IMG/VR virus record: IMGVR_UViG_3300005837_000196
Span: 65 to 64,064 of that record
Source of the DNA: a virus
Taxonomy: Duplodnaviria > Caudoviricetes
Length of the DNA stretch: 64,000 bases
Strand: one strand, 5' to 3'
The notes beneath the pieces are model-generated. The model saw only the letters and a list, made by a program, of their open reading frames with translations, was not told the DNA's origin and made no database searches. Below are positions 1-9,255 of the stretch, in pieces (the first letter of the stretch is position 1; each line of letters starts with the position of its first letter). Position numbers and translations under genes: made by a program.

Positions 1-523
1 TTGGTGTTTTTCCTATTTGGTAGTTATAACCATTATCAAAAGTAGTATTTGTAGTAGAACCTGAACCTAAACTTGAGCCATCAAGATATACAGTATATGT
101 CCCTGCATCCATAGAAACTGCTAAATGATGCCAAGTATTAGTAGTAAAAGCACCTGAAGAGCCAAATTCTACGGTTCCATTATTTCCGTCAGGATTTACT
201 TCAATTTTACCTGTATCTCTAATCATAACATACAAGTCTTGTGAAGTTGAATTCCAATTACCAAAAACCCATCTGTAAGAAGTAGATAAATTATCTAAAT
301 AAAGCCAAACAGAAAAACTAAACGTATTAGTAAGTTTATCAATAGGTATTGTAATATAACTACTACTCCCATTAAATACAGCACCTCTATTTATATACCC
401 ACCTATACGTTGTGTACCTCCGTTACCTGTATAGAGAACAGTATTGAAGTTTTCAGATGCAAAAGTATTAGCTTCTCCTCCAGTTGCTACGGGTCCTGCG
501 TTTATTAATTTTTTACCAAGCAT
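1..523 (-). CDS. Tail fibre/adhesin with LamG (concanavalin A-like) domain, running off the window start (partial; not in ORF track)
   Basis: Manual translation from ATG at 523 (MLGKKLINAGP...FNTVLYTGNGGTQ...FNGSSSYI...FSFSVWLY...WHHLAVS...VYLDG) is open to base 1 and shows the typical LamG pattern. Confidence 0.8.
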   Translation of the reverse strand, partial: MLGKKLINAGPVATGGEANTFASENFNTVLYTGNGGTQRIGGYINRGAVFNGSSSYITIPIDKLTNTFSFSVWLYLDNLSTSYRWVFGNWNSTSQDLYVMIRDTGKIEVNPDGNNGTVEFGSSGAFTTNTWHHLAVSMDAGTYTVYLDGSSLGSGSTTNTTFDNGYNYQIGKTP

Positions 524-1008
524 TAATCTAAGTTTATGCTATACACAACTACAGCGCTTTTTTCTGTTAAAGCGTTGATTTCATTTTCTTTTGTTTCTAC
601 AGCAGATAATATTGCTGCTCTGTCTGTTGTAACGGATTCTGGAACTGCTGTACCGCCGTTTAAGGCTCTAAGTATATACCAATCAGTATCAGCTAATTTG
701 GAGTGAGCAGAGGCTTTTAAATTAGATATTTTACTTGCCTTCATTTCATCAAGTGTAGCGTCCCATGTTTTATCACTTTTAGTGTATGTGTAAACAGTAT
801 TGGCTGAGTCAAAGAATATATCGCTCAAATCATGGATAGCTGAGTTGTATCCTTCTGGCAGCACCACGTCAAACAATCCTGCAGACTTAAGTGCAGCAGC
901 GCTCATTGCTTGAGCATTCAAATGTGTCCCGTTAGACCCATATAATACTTTAGGTACACCCTCGTACACCTTTATAGTTCCGTTTTTATTTATTGCTTTC
1001 TTCCCCAT
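523..1008 (-). CDS. Tail fibre-associated/assembly protein
   Basis: 161 aa; C-terminal 'LADTDWYILR...VPESVTTDRAAI' resembles phage tail-fibre assembly-like proteins; lies among fibre genes. Confidence 0.55.
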   Translation of the reverse strand: MGKKAINKNGTIKVYEGVPKVLYGSNGTHLNAQAMSAAALKSAGLFDVVLPEGYNSAIHDLSDIFFDSANTVYTYTKSDKTWDATLDEMKASKISNLKASAHSKLADTDWYILRALNGGTAVPESVTTDRAAILSAVETKENEINALTEKSAVVVYSINLD

Positions 1009-1010
1009 GA

Positions 1011-1361
1011 TTATACTGCTTGCTTACTAATTGTTGCCCATTGTTCTGTAGCCCCGTTTGTCGATGCTATCTGAATAAGATTACTGACTGTTCCGTCATA
1101 TGTTCCAGAGATAACCTTTACAGATGAAGGCAAGGTTAATACATAACTTCCTGTTAGTACAAGATCCTTTACCATACCTGTTGATACATTTGAAAATGTC
1201 AAAGTTGTATCTGCTGTTAATGTTTTTGTAAATACTTGTGCAGAGCTAAAGTCAACGTCACTTGCAGATATTGCTGCTGCGGTTGTAAATTCAGCTCCAA
1301 GCTTGTCATATGATACAGCGTCATCATTTAGTACTGCTGCGGTTACTTTAGTTAATGCCAT
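1011..1361 (-). CDS. Short tail fibre-like virion protein
   Basis: 116 aa; its C-terminal domain (DFSSAQVFTKTL...GMVKDL...NLIQI) is homologous to the C-terminus of 12054..13844. Confidence 0.6.
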   Translation of the reverse strand: MALTKVTAAVLNDDAVSYDKLGAEFTTAAAISASDVDFSSAQVFTKTLTADTTLTFSNVSTGMVKDLVLTGSYVLTLPSSVKVISGTYDGTVSNLIQIASTNGATEQWATISKQAV

Positions 1362-1371
1362 TTTTTATTTT

Positions 1372-1743
1372 TTAATCTGTTATTAAATCCCAGCTTGTAG
1401 TTGTTTCATTCCACTCGTATTGTTGCCCGTCATCTGGATATGCAACTGGTGCCTCCCATAAGCAAGTGGTTTCATTTAGTGTCCAGCTATCATATGGTTT
1501 TGGTGGGATAAAAGCATCACGAGTTTCATCGTATGTATATCCTATTCCAGCATAGTTTTTTCTAAAGGCAACGCCACCACCAGAATGTACTCCACCAGAT
1601 GTATTATAAGAAGTTCTTTTACAAACTTGCTCTCTAATATTTCCGTAGTGGATTTCCCAGTTTGTTGGTCCATCCGTTTCGTCTTTACCTACTATTACTT
1701 CAGTAACTACGTTTGCCATGTTTAAAAATGCGTAATGCGCCAT
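1372..1743 (-). CDS. Conserved phage tail-associated hypothetical protein
   Basis: 123 aa, MAHYAF...FRKNYAGIGYTYD...DAFIPPKPYDSW pattern; in fibre cluster. Confidence 0.55.
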   Translation of the reverse strand: MAHYAFLNMANVVTEVIVGKDETDGPTNWEIHYGNIREQVCKRTSYNTSGGVHSGGGVAFRKNYAGIGYTYDETRDAFIPPKPYDSWTLNETTCLWEAPVAYPDDGQQYEWNETTTSWDLITD

Positions 1744-1763
1744 TGTTTTATTTATTTATTGTT

Positions 1764-3056
1764 TTATGCTGTTCCAAATGTTATTGTTCCTGTTCCCGCT
1801 GTGAATACTGATACTTTATCTGATCCCTCTGTAAATGGTGAACTGCTTGCTTCAGTTATTCCAGAACCTACTGTAATTGTATAATCACTTGGGTAACGTA
1901 ATATTACTACACCAGAGCCACCTTGACCGCCCGCTGGGCTGATGCCACCATCAGTAGAACCTCCAGAGCCACCACCTCCAGTATTAGGTGTTCCGTTATT
2001 ACCATTGGCGTCATTAGGTGGGGAATCGGCACCTCCACCAAGTCCTCCACTTGCACCCACATTATGGAATGTAGTACCTCCAGCACCACCTCCAGCAAAG
2101 TAAACATTTGATCCCGAAACCTCTCCTACTGATGCAGATGTAGCGTTTGTAGTAGAAATTATATTAACAGCTAATCCAACACCTCCAGTGCCACCAGTTA
2201 CTGAACTTTGTCCCGCAGATGAATAATTTCCACCAGCAGCACCTACACCATTAGCACCACCACCCCCACCAGCATTAGAATAACTACCAACACCACCACT
2301 ACCACCAGCATATCCTTGAATAGCTGGTGATGTTATAGCGTTACCGGCACTACCAGAGGGAGCACCTCCGCCACCTCCAGAACCTCCTGATGATCCTGTT
2401 CTTGGACTGATTCCTGGACCCCCAGCTCCTCCCCCTGTAGATATTATAGTTGAAAATTGTGAATTTATACCATTAGACACGGAATTCCCCCCACCGCCCA
2501 CTGTTACAGTATAATTTGCAGATTCGGTTAACGTTAAAGATGATTCTGTATGTCCATTTAGAGATGATGAGTTTGTGTATGAAGTACGCAAACCACCAGC
2601 ACCTCCACCAGCACCTCCATAGCTGTTTGATGTTGAATTACCCCCGCCCGCTCCACCAGCAACTACTAAATAATTTACTATTAAATCTGGGAGAATAGCA
2701 GCAACAGCACCAGCCTCGCTAGCAACTAGCCATCCTTTTGTAGCACCAGAATATACGAGCCTAACGGTTTGGTTATCGGTGTTTAAAACTAAATCATCAG
2801 TGCCTCCTCTAATTTTTAAAGAGTTACGCCCTAAAGTAATATTATTCGTTCCAGCATTACTAGCATAGTCAATTATTATAATCTCATCATTATCGCTAGG
2901 TGAAGCTGGTAAGGTTACGGTTATAGCTGAAGACGATGTATCTACATAATATCCTTCTCCACTTACAGCTGTAAATGCAGCAGTTTTAGCAGTAGTCTGC
3001 CAATCAATCCCTAGGGAAGCATCAATTAAACCGTCTTTTATTTTCGTTTGTGCCAT
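1764..3056 (-). CDS. Glycine-rich tail fibre/tail protein
   Basis: 430 aa; WQTTAKTAAFTAVSGEGY module followed by a Gly-rich domain (YLVVAGGAGGG...GGSGVVILRY). Confidence 0.75.
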   Translation of the reverse strand: MAQTKIKDGLIDASLGIDWQTTAKTAAFTAVSGEGYYVDTSSSAITVTLPASPSDNDEIIIIDYASNAGTNNITLGRNSLKIRGGTDDLVLNTDNQTVRLVYSGATKGWLVASEAGAVAAILPDLIVNYLVVAGGAGGGNSTSNSYGGAGGGAGGLRTSYTNSSSLNGHTESSLTLTESANYTVTVGGGGNSVSNGINSQFSTIISTGGGAGGPGISPRTGSSGGSGGGGGAPSGSAGNAITSPAIQGYAGGSGGVGSYSNAGGGGGANGVGAAGGNYSSAGQSSVTGGTGGVGLAVNIISTTNATSASVGEVSGSNVYFAGGGAGGTTFHNVGASGGLGGGADSPPNDANGNNGTPNTGGGGSGGSTDGGISPAGGQGGSGVVILRYPSDYTITVGSGITEASSSPFTEGSDKVSVFTAGTGTITFGTA

Positions 3057-3058
3057 AA

Positions 3059-5311
3059 TTAACTAAATGATATTGTTCCTGTTCCAGCGGTAAAGGTAGT
3101 TACTTTATCACTGCCATCTATGGCAGTTGATCCTGTTAAACCAGATCCTATTGTTACTGTGTAACCATTTGGATAGCGGATAATTACCACTCCAGAGCCA
3201 CCAGCAGCGGATGAACCAGAACTATAACCATTACCACCGCCACCGCCGCCAGTATTAGAACTACCAGCGCTTAATCCATTAGCTCCATTATAACCTCCAT
3301 TACCACCACCACCAGAGCCACCAGTACCACCAGCTCTTGAACTTCTGCTATCTCCAGCTCCACCACCACCCCCAGCGTAATAGTTTCCAGTACCTCCTAT
3401 TATGTTTACTTCTAATCCAGCTCCACCATTACCTCCGCTAGAGCTTGACGCATTACCCCCAACAGCAGAAGCTCCACCGCCGCCGCCGCCAGTTGTATAA
3501 GTTGCGCCATCTGAACTAGCAAGACCACCATTAAAACCTTGCCCAGAAGTTCCAGAACCTCCAGTAGTTAAATTACCGCCGCCACCAGAACCTCCAGAAG
3601 TTTCGTTTAAATCAAATCTATGACCACCTCCACCGCCATCAGAGGTTATTGTAGAAAAAACCGAATCTGAACCTTGTAAGCCATCATTATTATAAGTAAC
3701 AGCAGCACCACCAGCACCAACTGTAACAGTATAATTTGTTGAAATATTTAAACTCAATGATGATTCCGCAGATGCATCTCCTCCACTTGTATTGCCATAA
3801 GAAGTTCGCAAACCTCCAGCACCACCAGCACCAGCACTATTAGATCCACCACTACCACCTCCAGCCACTACTAAATAATCTACAGCTATTGTTTCTGGAC
3901 TCAAAGCTGTGGCAGTTTCATTAGCAGCATTATAAGCTACCCAACCTTGAGTAGCATCTACATAAACCATAGATACTCCACCTCTCTCGTAATTTATTTT
4001 TACATCATTAGATGAGCCATTAATATTATCAGAGGATGTTATAGTGATGTTATTTGTATCAGCAGTACCAGCGTAATCTACGATAGTAACCTCATCGCCA
4101 GTACTAGGTGAGCTAGGTAATGTTACTGTAATTGCAGCACTTGTAGTATTTACAAAATATCCCTCTCCAGCGGTTGCTGTAAAGCCTGCAGTTTTAATTG
4201 ATGATTGCCACGATACTCCGTTTGCTTCTGAAACAGATACCGAACCAACTGTTATAACCTCTATTGAATAACCATTCTGAGGAGCAGTTGTAAATGTTAA
4301 TGTTGTCCCTGAAATACTGTATGTAGATTTTTCTTGGTACACACCTTGAATAAAAACAAACGCCTTATCTACATCCACCTCTTGTGTTAATGTAAAGTCT
4401 GTTTGTGACCCAGTTCCTGTAAACTGATTACTGTTCAGCGATGAATATGTTGCCGCTGTAAAATGTACGACCTCTATAGCACTTCCATTAGGTGGTGCGG
4501 TGGAAAATGTAATGGTTGTGCCAGAAGTCGTATAATTGTCTTTAGACTGATAAACTCCGTCTATGTATACTTGTGTAACGTTTTCGTCTGTAACGTCCTT
4601 AGAAGCCGTGAAATCGGTTGTGGTGTTGTCCCCTGTAAATGTATCTGTATAAACTTTTGATAGTACAGAAATAAAATGTACAACTTCTACTTCAGCACCT
4701 AATGGTACTCCTGTAGAAAATGTTACAGTTGATCCGCTTGTAGTGTAATTACTTTTAGCTTGGTATACACCGTCAATATATACTTGTGTGTTCGAACTTG
4801 CAGTTATATCAGATGATATTACAAATGCTGTTTGGTTTGCAGTTGCAGTAAATACATTTCTTTCAATAGAAAGTTCTCCAGCACTACCACCACCACCAGA
4901 TCCTGCTGTAGTCACAGTTGAAGCTGAAGTAATTCTACCTTGTGCATCTACTGTAATTTGTGGTGTATTATTAGCATCACCATAAGTTCCAGCAGTTACT
5001 GCCGTATCATCAAGATCAACAGTAATTGTTTCATTAGATGATTGATCAGTAGTAAAGTTTCCACCGCCACTTAATCCTGTACCTGCTGTTAGTGTTATTG
5101 TAGCATCATTTGCTGAACCAGCTAAATCACTATGATTAGCAAGCTTAACCCAACTACCACTATGAGCATAATAAGCTGCTCCTTCTGAGTGAACATGAGC
5201 AAACATACCGTGATATGTTGTAGCTGAAGGTAAATCACTTAAGGTTGAAAATACATTCTTAAAGTATACTTTACCATCAACATCTATGTCATTTAAATAA
5301 CGACTCGCCAT
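3059..5311 (-). CDS. Glycine-rich modular tail fibre protein
   Basis: 750 aa; three repeats of F(T)G/A...QVYIDGVYQxKxxYxxSGxTxTF, then the same WQS..KTAGFTA and Gly-rich modules as 1764..3056. Confidence 0.75.
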   Translation of the reverse strand: MASRYLNDIDVDGKVYFKNVFSTLSDLPSATTYHGMFAHVHSEGAAYYAHSGSWVKLANHSDLAGSANDATITLTAGTGLSGGGNFTTDQSSNETITVDLDDTAVTAGTYGDANNTPQITVDAQGRITSASTVTTAGSGGGGSAGELSIERNVFTATANQTAFVISSDITASSNTQVYIDGVYQAKSNYTTSGSTVTFSTGVPLGAEVEVVHFISVLSKVYTDTFTGDNTTTDFTASKDVTDENVTQVYIDGVYQSKDNYTTSGTTITFSTAPPNGSAIEVVHFTAATYSSLNSNQFTGTGSQTDFTLTQEVDVDKAFVFIQGVYQEKSTYSISGTTLTFTTAPQNGYSIEVITVGSVSVSEANGVSWQSSIKTAGFTATAGEGYFVNTTSAAITVTLPSSPSTGDEVTIVDYAGTADTNNITITSSDNINGSSNDVKINYERGGVSMVYVDATQGWVAYNAANETATALSPETIAVDYLVVAGGGSGGSNSAGAGGAGGLRTSYGNTSGGDASAESSLSLNISTNYTVTVGAGGAAVTYNNDGLQGSDSVFSTITSDGGGGGHRFDLNETSGGSGGGGNLTTGGSGTSGQGFNGGLASSDGATYTTGGGGGGASAVGGNASSSSGGNGGAGLEVNIIGGTGNYYAGGGGGAGDSRSSRAGGTGGSGGGGNGGYNGANGLSAGSSNTGGGGGGNGYSSGSSAAGGSGVVIIRYPNGYTVTIGSGLTGSTAIDGSDKVTTFTAGTGTISFS

Positions 5312-5320
5312 AATATTTTA

Positions 5321-6343
5321 TTAATCTATTTTAGTAACTAGTACTTTAATATCGTTTGTCGCAGGGGCGGTAGCAAAAGTTATTGTTGCCGTGTCCGTTG
5401 TTGTTCTTACAACATCTGCATATACTGTGTCATATGTACTCACATCATATAATTGTATGATTACGTCTCTTGTACCTAAACTATGTGTTACAACTATTGC
5501 TGTTGCTGAGCCATCTCCTATTGTACCTGTAAAACTTCTTGCAGCTAATCCCGCGGCTGTAATTGCTCTTGTAGTATCTGTACCAGCTAAAGCTTCTGCT
5601 GTTGTTGCTAATTCTACAATACCTTCATCTGTTGTGGTCGCAGAGGTTGCTGCTGCTGCTGTAGAAATATCGCCGTATGTAGAACCATCGTTTGTTATTT
5701 GCCACTTATCAGTTGTTTCATTCCATCTTAAAGCAACATTTGTTGATGATCCTCTTTCAATTTCAATTCCCGCATTTTCAGTTGGAGAACCTGTAGCATT
5801 ATCGTTTAATACAATTATATTATCATCTACTGATAGTGTTTCTGTATTAATAATAGTTTGCGTTCCAGAAACTGTTAAATTACCGTCTACAGTTACATTA
5901 CCTGAAAACTGCATTGTATCACCAGAGTCTGTACCAATAACTATACTTTCATCTGCTGCTCCTCCTGATGATTCAAGATTTGATAACAAACTAAGGATTT
6001 TTGCATTATTTACAAACCCATCTACAAAATCATAAATTTGATCTCCAGTAGCTAAAGCAGTCCCTCCATTAGTTACCGCACCTGTTACAGTTGCAATACT
6101 AGGGTTTGGGCCTGTTGTATCTGTTATAGTTAGTGTAGTTGATGTTGAAGTTGTTACACTTTTTATATCTCCTGAAGCATCAACAAAATTACTTCCATCA
6201 TAAAAGTAAAGCTTATTGTCTGTTGAATTATAATATATTTGACCTTCCTGTGGTGAAGATGGTGCCGACGCTAATACGTGTATTTTTGCATTTTGCAGCT
6301 CATTCTTATTGAGATCTATATTATTTAAAAAGTTTATTGCCAT
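5321..6343 (-). CDS. Tail fibre/virion structural protein
   Basis: 340 aa, Thr/Gly-rich beta fibre motifs ([24 protein letters not shown]; [10 protein letters not shown]). Confidence 0.7.
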   Translation of the reverse strand: MAINFLNNIDLNKNELQNAKIHVLASAPSSPQEGQIYYNSTDNKLYFYDGSNFVDASGDIKSVTTSTSTTLTITDTTGPNPSIATVTGAVTNGGTALATGDQIYDFVDGFVNNAKILSLLSNLESSGGAADESIVIGTDSGDTMQFSGNVTVDGNLTVSGTQTIINTETLSVDDNIIVLNDNATGSPTENAGIEIERGSSTNVALRWNETTDKWQITNDGSTYGDISTAAAATSATTTDEGIVELATTAEALAGTDTTRAITAAGLAARSFTGTIGDGSATAIVVTHSLGTRDVIIQLYDVSTYDTVYADVVRTTTDTATITFATAPATNDIKVLVTKID

Positions 6344-6349
6344 TTTTTA

Positions 6350-6688
6350 TTAGTTTAAATATGCTTTACCTGAAAACGCGGAAGCAAACGTTAATGTTAT
6401 TGAAGCATTACTGTTATATAATATTTCTCCTATTACAACATTGTTTGAACTATCAACAACTGTTATTGAAGGAAATTTTTCTAAAGTATGTGATATATTC
6501 CATGTACTAGAAGCGGTGTCTTGCGCAAAAATTGTAGTCCCTGAATTAAAAGTAGCATTACTTTGTATAAATCCTAATATTGAATTTAAAGTAAAGTTTT
6601 TAGTTACTACTCCATCTGAATCAGTACCTATTAATTTATCAGTATCTGTTAAAACGGTATCTTTTAAATACGAAGATATTCTAGCCAT
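6350..6688 (-). CDS. Small virion/tail protein
   Basis: 112 aa; N-terminus MARISSY...DTDKLIGTDS is shared with fibre 12054..13844. Confidence 0.55.
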   Translation of the reverse strand: MARISSYLKDTVLTDTDKLIGTDSDGVVTKNFTLNSILGFIQSNATFNSGTTIFAQDTASSTWNISHTLEKFPSITVVDSSNNVVIGEILYNSNASITLTFASAFSGKAYLN

Positions 6689-6690
6689 TA

Positions 6691-7110
6691 TTATTTATGT
6701 TTATTATTACCAAATACTTTTTCTACACCGCGAGAACCGAAATATCCTCCAATCACTATAGTTAAAAGTCCAGTTATTGAATCTAAAGGATAACCCATAT
6801 ACCATCCAGCAATATAACTTACTGTTAAAAAAACTAATACTAGAGGACGCACGTTTGCAGCTAACCAATTTCCTGATCTAGCATCTGCAACCCATCTTCT
6901 AGTTGTACCATCTATTTCAGCCCTCTCAAGCTCTAACTTTTTTAATGCTATTTGTTTATCAGCATCACTCATATCACTCCCTCCAATTATAGCTTGTATT
7001 ACAGAGCCTACCGGAGTGTCGCCAGCTATAGCGCCAACAACATTTGGAATTTTATTTAAAAGAAATTGTCCGACTTGTGTGTCTTTAAACTTCTTCTTGT
7101 TATTAGACAT
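6691..7110 (-). CDS. Putative holin
   Basis: 139 aa; two C-terminal hydrophobic helices ending GGYFGSRGVEK, typical of 3TM-holin-like proteins; near the endolysin. Confidence 0.6.
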   Translation of the reverse strand: MSNNKKKFKDTQVGQFLLNKIPNVVGAIAGDTPVGSVIQAIIGGSDMSDADKQIALKKLELERAEIDGTTRRWVADARSGNWLAANVRPLVLVFLTVSYIAGWYMGYPLDSITGLLTIVIGGYFGSRGVEKVFGNNKHK

Positions 7111-7289
7111 TACTTAATAATTTTCTCTTTTAATTCTTTAATCTCATTTTTTAAATCAGCTACAGTATCTTCAATAACATCTGCTATTCCGTCGTTGTCA
7201 CGATCTCCTAAGATTCCTTTGTAAGCTAGTACAGCTGTAACTACAGCGGCTAATAATAAAATTGATAAAATAATTACAATAGTTTCCAT
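7110..7289 (-). CDS. Small single-TM membrane protein with coiled coil (lysis-associated?); not in ORF track
   Basis: Manual translation METIVIILSILLLAAVVTAVLAYKGILGDRDNDGIADVIEDTVADLKNEIKELKEKIIK (59 aa); stop overlaps the holin ATG (TAATG). Confidence 0.6.
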   Translation of the reverse strand: METIVIILSILLLAAVVTAVLAYKGILGDRDNDGIADVIEDTVADLKNEIKELKEKIIK

Positions 7290-7307
7290 AATATATGATT
7301 TTTAAAT

Positions 7308-7637
7308 TTAACAGTTCCAGCGTCTTCTTGCTGCTTTGCCTCTTTCACCAGTCCAACCTTTGGATCTAGCACAAAAAGATTTTCTTCTTTTAGCGGCTTT
7401 ACTGCCAGGCTTTAATTCGCTAGGCGGTGTTGTGACCGCTGTTTGTAGTTTACTACCAGGATTATCTCTTCTATACTTAGCAGTACCTTTCTTTGTCATT
7501 CCGCCGCCTGCTGCCGCTCCTGTGCCTGTAGGATTAGCTTTGTTATAATAACCTAAAGACTTCTTTTTAGAAGGTGCTGGTGGTTTAGCTTTCTTTAATA
7601 AAGGTGATTTTTGTACTCTACTAGTTATAGGTTCCAT
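7308..7637 (-). CDS. Small basic protein
   Basis: 109 aa, very K/R/P-rich, ends KRRKSFCARSKG...RRRWNC. Confidence 0.6.
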   Translation of the reverse strand: MEPITSRVQKSPLLKKAKPPAPSKKKSLGYYNKANPTGTGAAAGGGMTKKGTAKYRRDNPGSKLQTAVTTPPSELKPGSKAAKRRKSFCARSKGWTGERGKAARRRWNC

Positions 7638-8086
7638 GGTATATATTTTGTTTTTCCGTTTTCTTTAATTGCACGTAATGTTTTCATCCTATTTTTACTT
7701 AAAGAATAACTTACATGCACCCACGATGGTGATTCGTCATCTCCGAACTCCCATATGAGCTGGTCAAATTCTAAGTGATCATTAATGTAATGAAAAAAAT
7801 CTGCATTAGTTGCTTTGCTATACACATCATCTATATCAATAGCTTCGCCTAAACAATGTTGCGAGGTTTCAGATCCTCCTATTGCAGTATTCAATTCAGG
7901 TGAACGATAAAATGAAGATATATATATTGGCTCATTAAATTTATTTCTTAATGGCTCAAAAATATGCTGAGCAGTTATCTGCATTGTAATTAGTGTTTCA
8001 TTATCAGGCATATTATTTATACCTAATCTTTCAGCGGTATTAGACCTTACGCTTTCTTTTAATGAAACGTGATCACTAATTTTCAT
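7625..8086 (-). CDS. Endolysin, peptidase M15 family (zinc D-Ala-D-Ala carboxypeptidase-like)
   Basis: Motifs SFYRSPELN, SQHCLGEAIDI, FDQLIWEF, WVHVSY. Confidence 0.85.
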   Translation of the reverse strand: MKISDHVSLKESVRSNTAERLGINNMPDNETLITMQITAQHIFEPLRNKFNEPIYISSFYRSPELNTAIGGSETSQHCLGEAIDIDDVYSKATNADFFHYINDHLEFDQLIWEFGDDESPSWVHVSYSLSKNRMKTLRAIKENGKTKYIPWNL

Positions 8087-8094
8087 TATAAAGT

Positions 8095-8232
8095 TTAATT
8101 AGTTTTTTTAACTTTTTTTCCACCTCTCATCATACAACCGCAGCCTTGTGCAATTGGCACCATACAAGTTGGACAAACTGGAAACATTGCTTTCTTCTGA
8201 GCGTGTACTTTTTTAGTAATAGGTAAATCCAT
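8095..8232 (-). CDS. Small Cys-rich basic peptide; not in ORF track
   Basis: Manual translation MDLPITKKVHAQKKAMFPVCPTCMVPIAQGCGCMMRGGKKVKKTN (45 aa) fills the gap exactly. Confidence 0.55.
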   Translation of the reverse strand: MDLPITKKVHAQKKAMFPVCPTCMVPIAQGCGCMMRGGKKVKKTN

Positions 8233-8234
8233 TT

Positions 8235-8558
8235 TTATTTTTTCTTTTGTTTGTTATAAGCTTCTTTTTCCCAAGGAAGGTTGCCTGCGCCTTCTTTCAT
8301 AGATTTTCTAGGATACTTTTTTCCTTTCCAATAAACATTGTTTTCATCATAAGAAAGATCTCCTCTATCTATTTGATCTTTATGAACTTTTTCGTGACTT
8401 ATTGCAATCTTTTGTTGTATAGGTGATAGCCTAGAGTTTATTACTATAGTACCATCATTATGAGTTTCTCCGTGAAGATCGGGACCTAAATCTTTTTTAA
8501 CTATATTAACGTCTCCAGATAATAATCCGTCAACGGAGTTTTTCATTTTATAAGCCAT
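8235..8558 (-). CDS. Small zincin-like metallopeptidase-motif protein
   Basis: HEKVH (HExxH) motif preceded by GTIVIN and followed by PWEKEAY. Confidence 0.5.
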   Translation of the reverse strand: MAYKMKNSVDGLLSGDVNIVKKDLGPDLHGETHNDGTIVINSRLSPIQQKIAISHEKVHKDQIDRGDLSYDENNVYWKGKKYPRKSMKEGAGNLPWEKEAYNKQKKK

Positions 8559-8998
8559 TATCTTTTTAAATCTTTATTCATATCATCAATAGCAGAATTA
8601 TACACTTTATCTGTATAACTATTGTTCTTATTAAAAACACTGCGACGAGAGCTAGGTAAGTCTTCCTGCCCTAATAGTATTCTGTATATTCTAGCAACTA
8701 AGTATTTACACTTTGTTGAAATTTTATATACATTATATTTAATTGTAGTATGATTTCTTTTTGAGTAAACCTCAATCCAACCATTCTTACGCAGTCTTTC
8801 CCACCTATGTTTATCCCAAGAATATATGTAAGTGCCTTTTATGTAATCATTACGTGTAAATGTACCAAGGCAATCAAAATGAATTAATAATTCTAATTCA
8901 GCATCGGTGAGCTTGTAAGTTTTACAGGCCCATTTTCTAACAAGCCTGTAATACTTAAATAATCCTATGTCCCGAATGTCATCAGGCTCTAACCTCAT
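8558..8998 (-). CDS. Putative winged-helix (MarR-like) DNA-binding protein
   Basis: LTDAELELLIHF...LRKNGWIEV...YKISTKCK pattern resembles wHTH; inference only. Confidence 0.4.
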   Translation of the reverse strand: MRLEPDDIRDIGLFKYYRLVRKWACKTYKLTDAELELLIHFDCLGTFTRNDYIKGTYIYSWDKHRWERLRKNGWIEVYSKRNHTTIKYNVYKISTKCKYLVARIYRILLGQEDLPSSRRSVFNKNNSYTDKVYNSAIDDMNKDLKR

Positions 8999-9255
8999 AA
9001 CACTACAACAACATCTTGATCTTTTATTACTTGAAGAAGTTCCCCATCGTAATCTATCCCGTAGCCAGCATGCTTGTCGTAATATATGTAATCTCCTGCA
9101 GAAACTCCTTCCACATTATTACCAATAGAACGTACTTCAGCTTTTCTATATCGTATGTCATCTTGATGTTTTTCCGTAAGAATAAGTCCAGACTCTAAAG
9201 GCTTAACTTCTTCTTTAATTGATTTAATTATAATATATTTATTTACAGCTCGCAT
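8995..9255 (-). CDS. groES: Co-chaperonin GroES (Cpn10)
   Basis: 86 aa; mobile-loop SGLILT, AEVRSIG, GDYIYYDKHAG, DQDVVVVL; adjacent to GroEL. Confidence 0.85.
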   Translation of the reverse strand: MRAVNKYIIIKSIKEEVKPLESGLILTEKHQDDIRYRKAEVRSIGNNVEGVSAGDYIYYDKHAGYGIDYDGELLQVIKDQDVVVVL

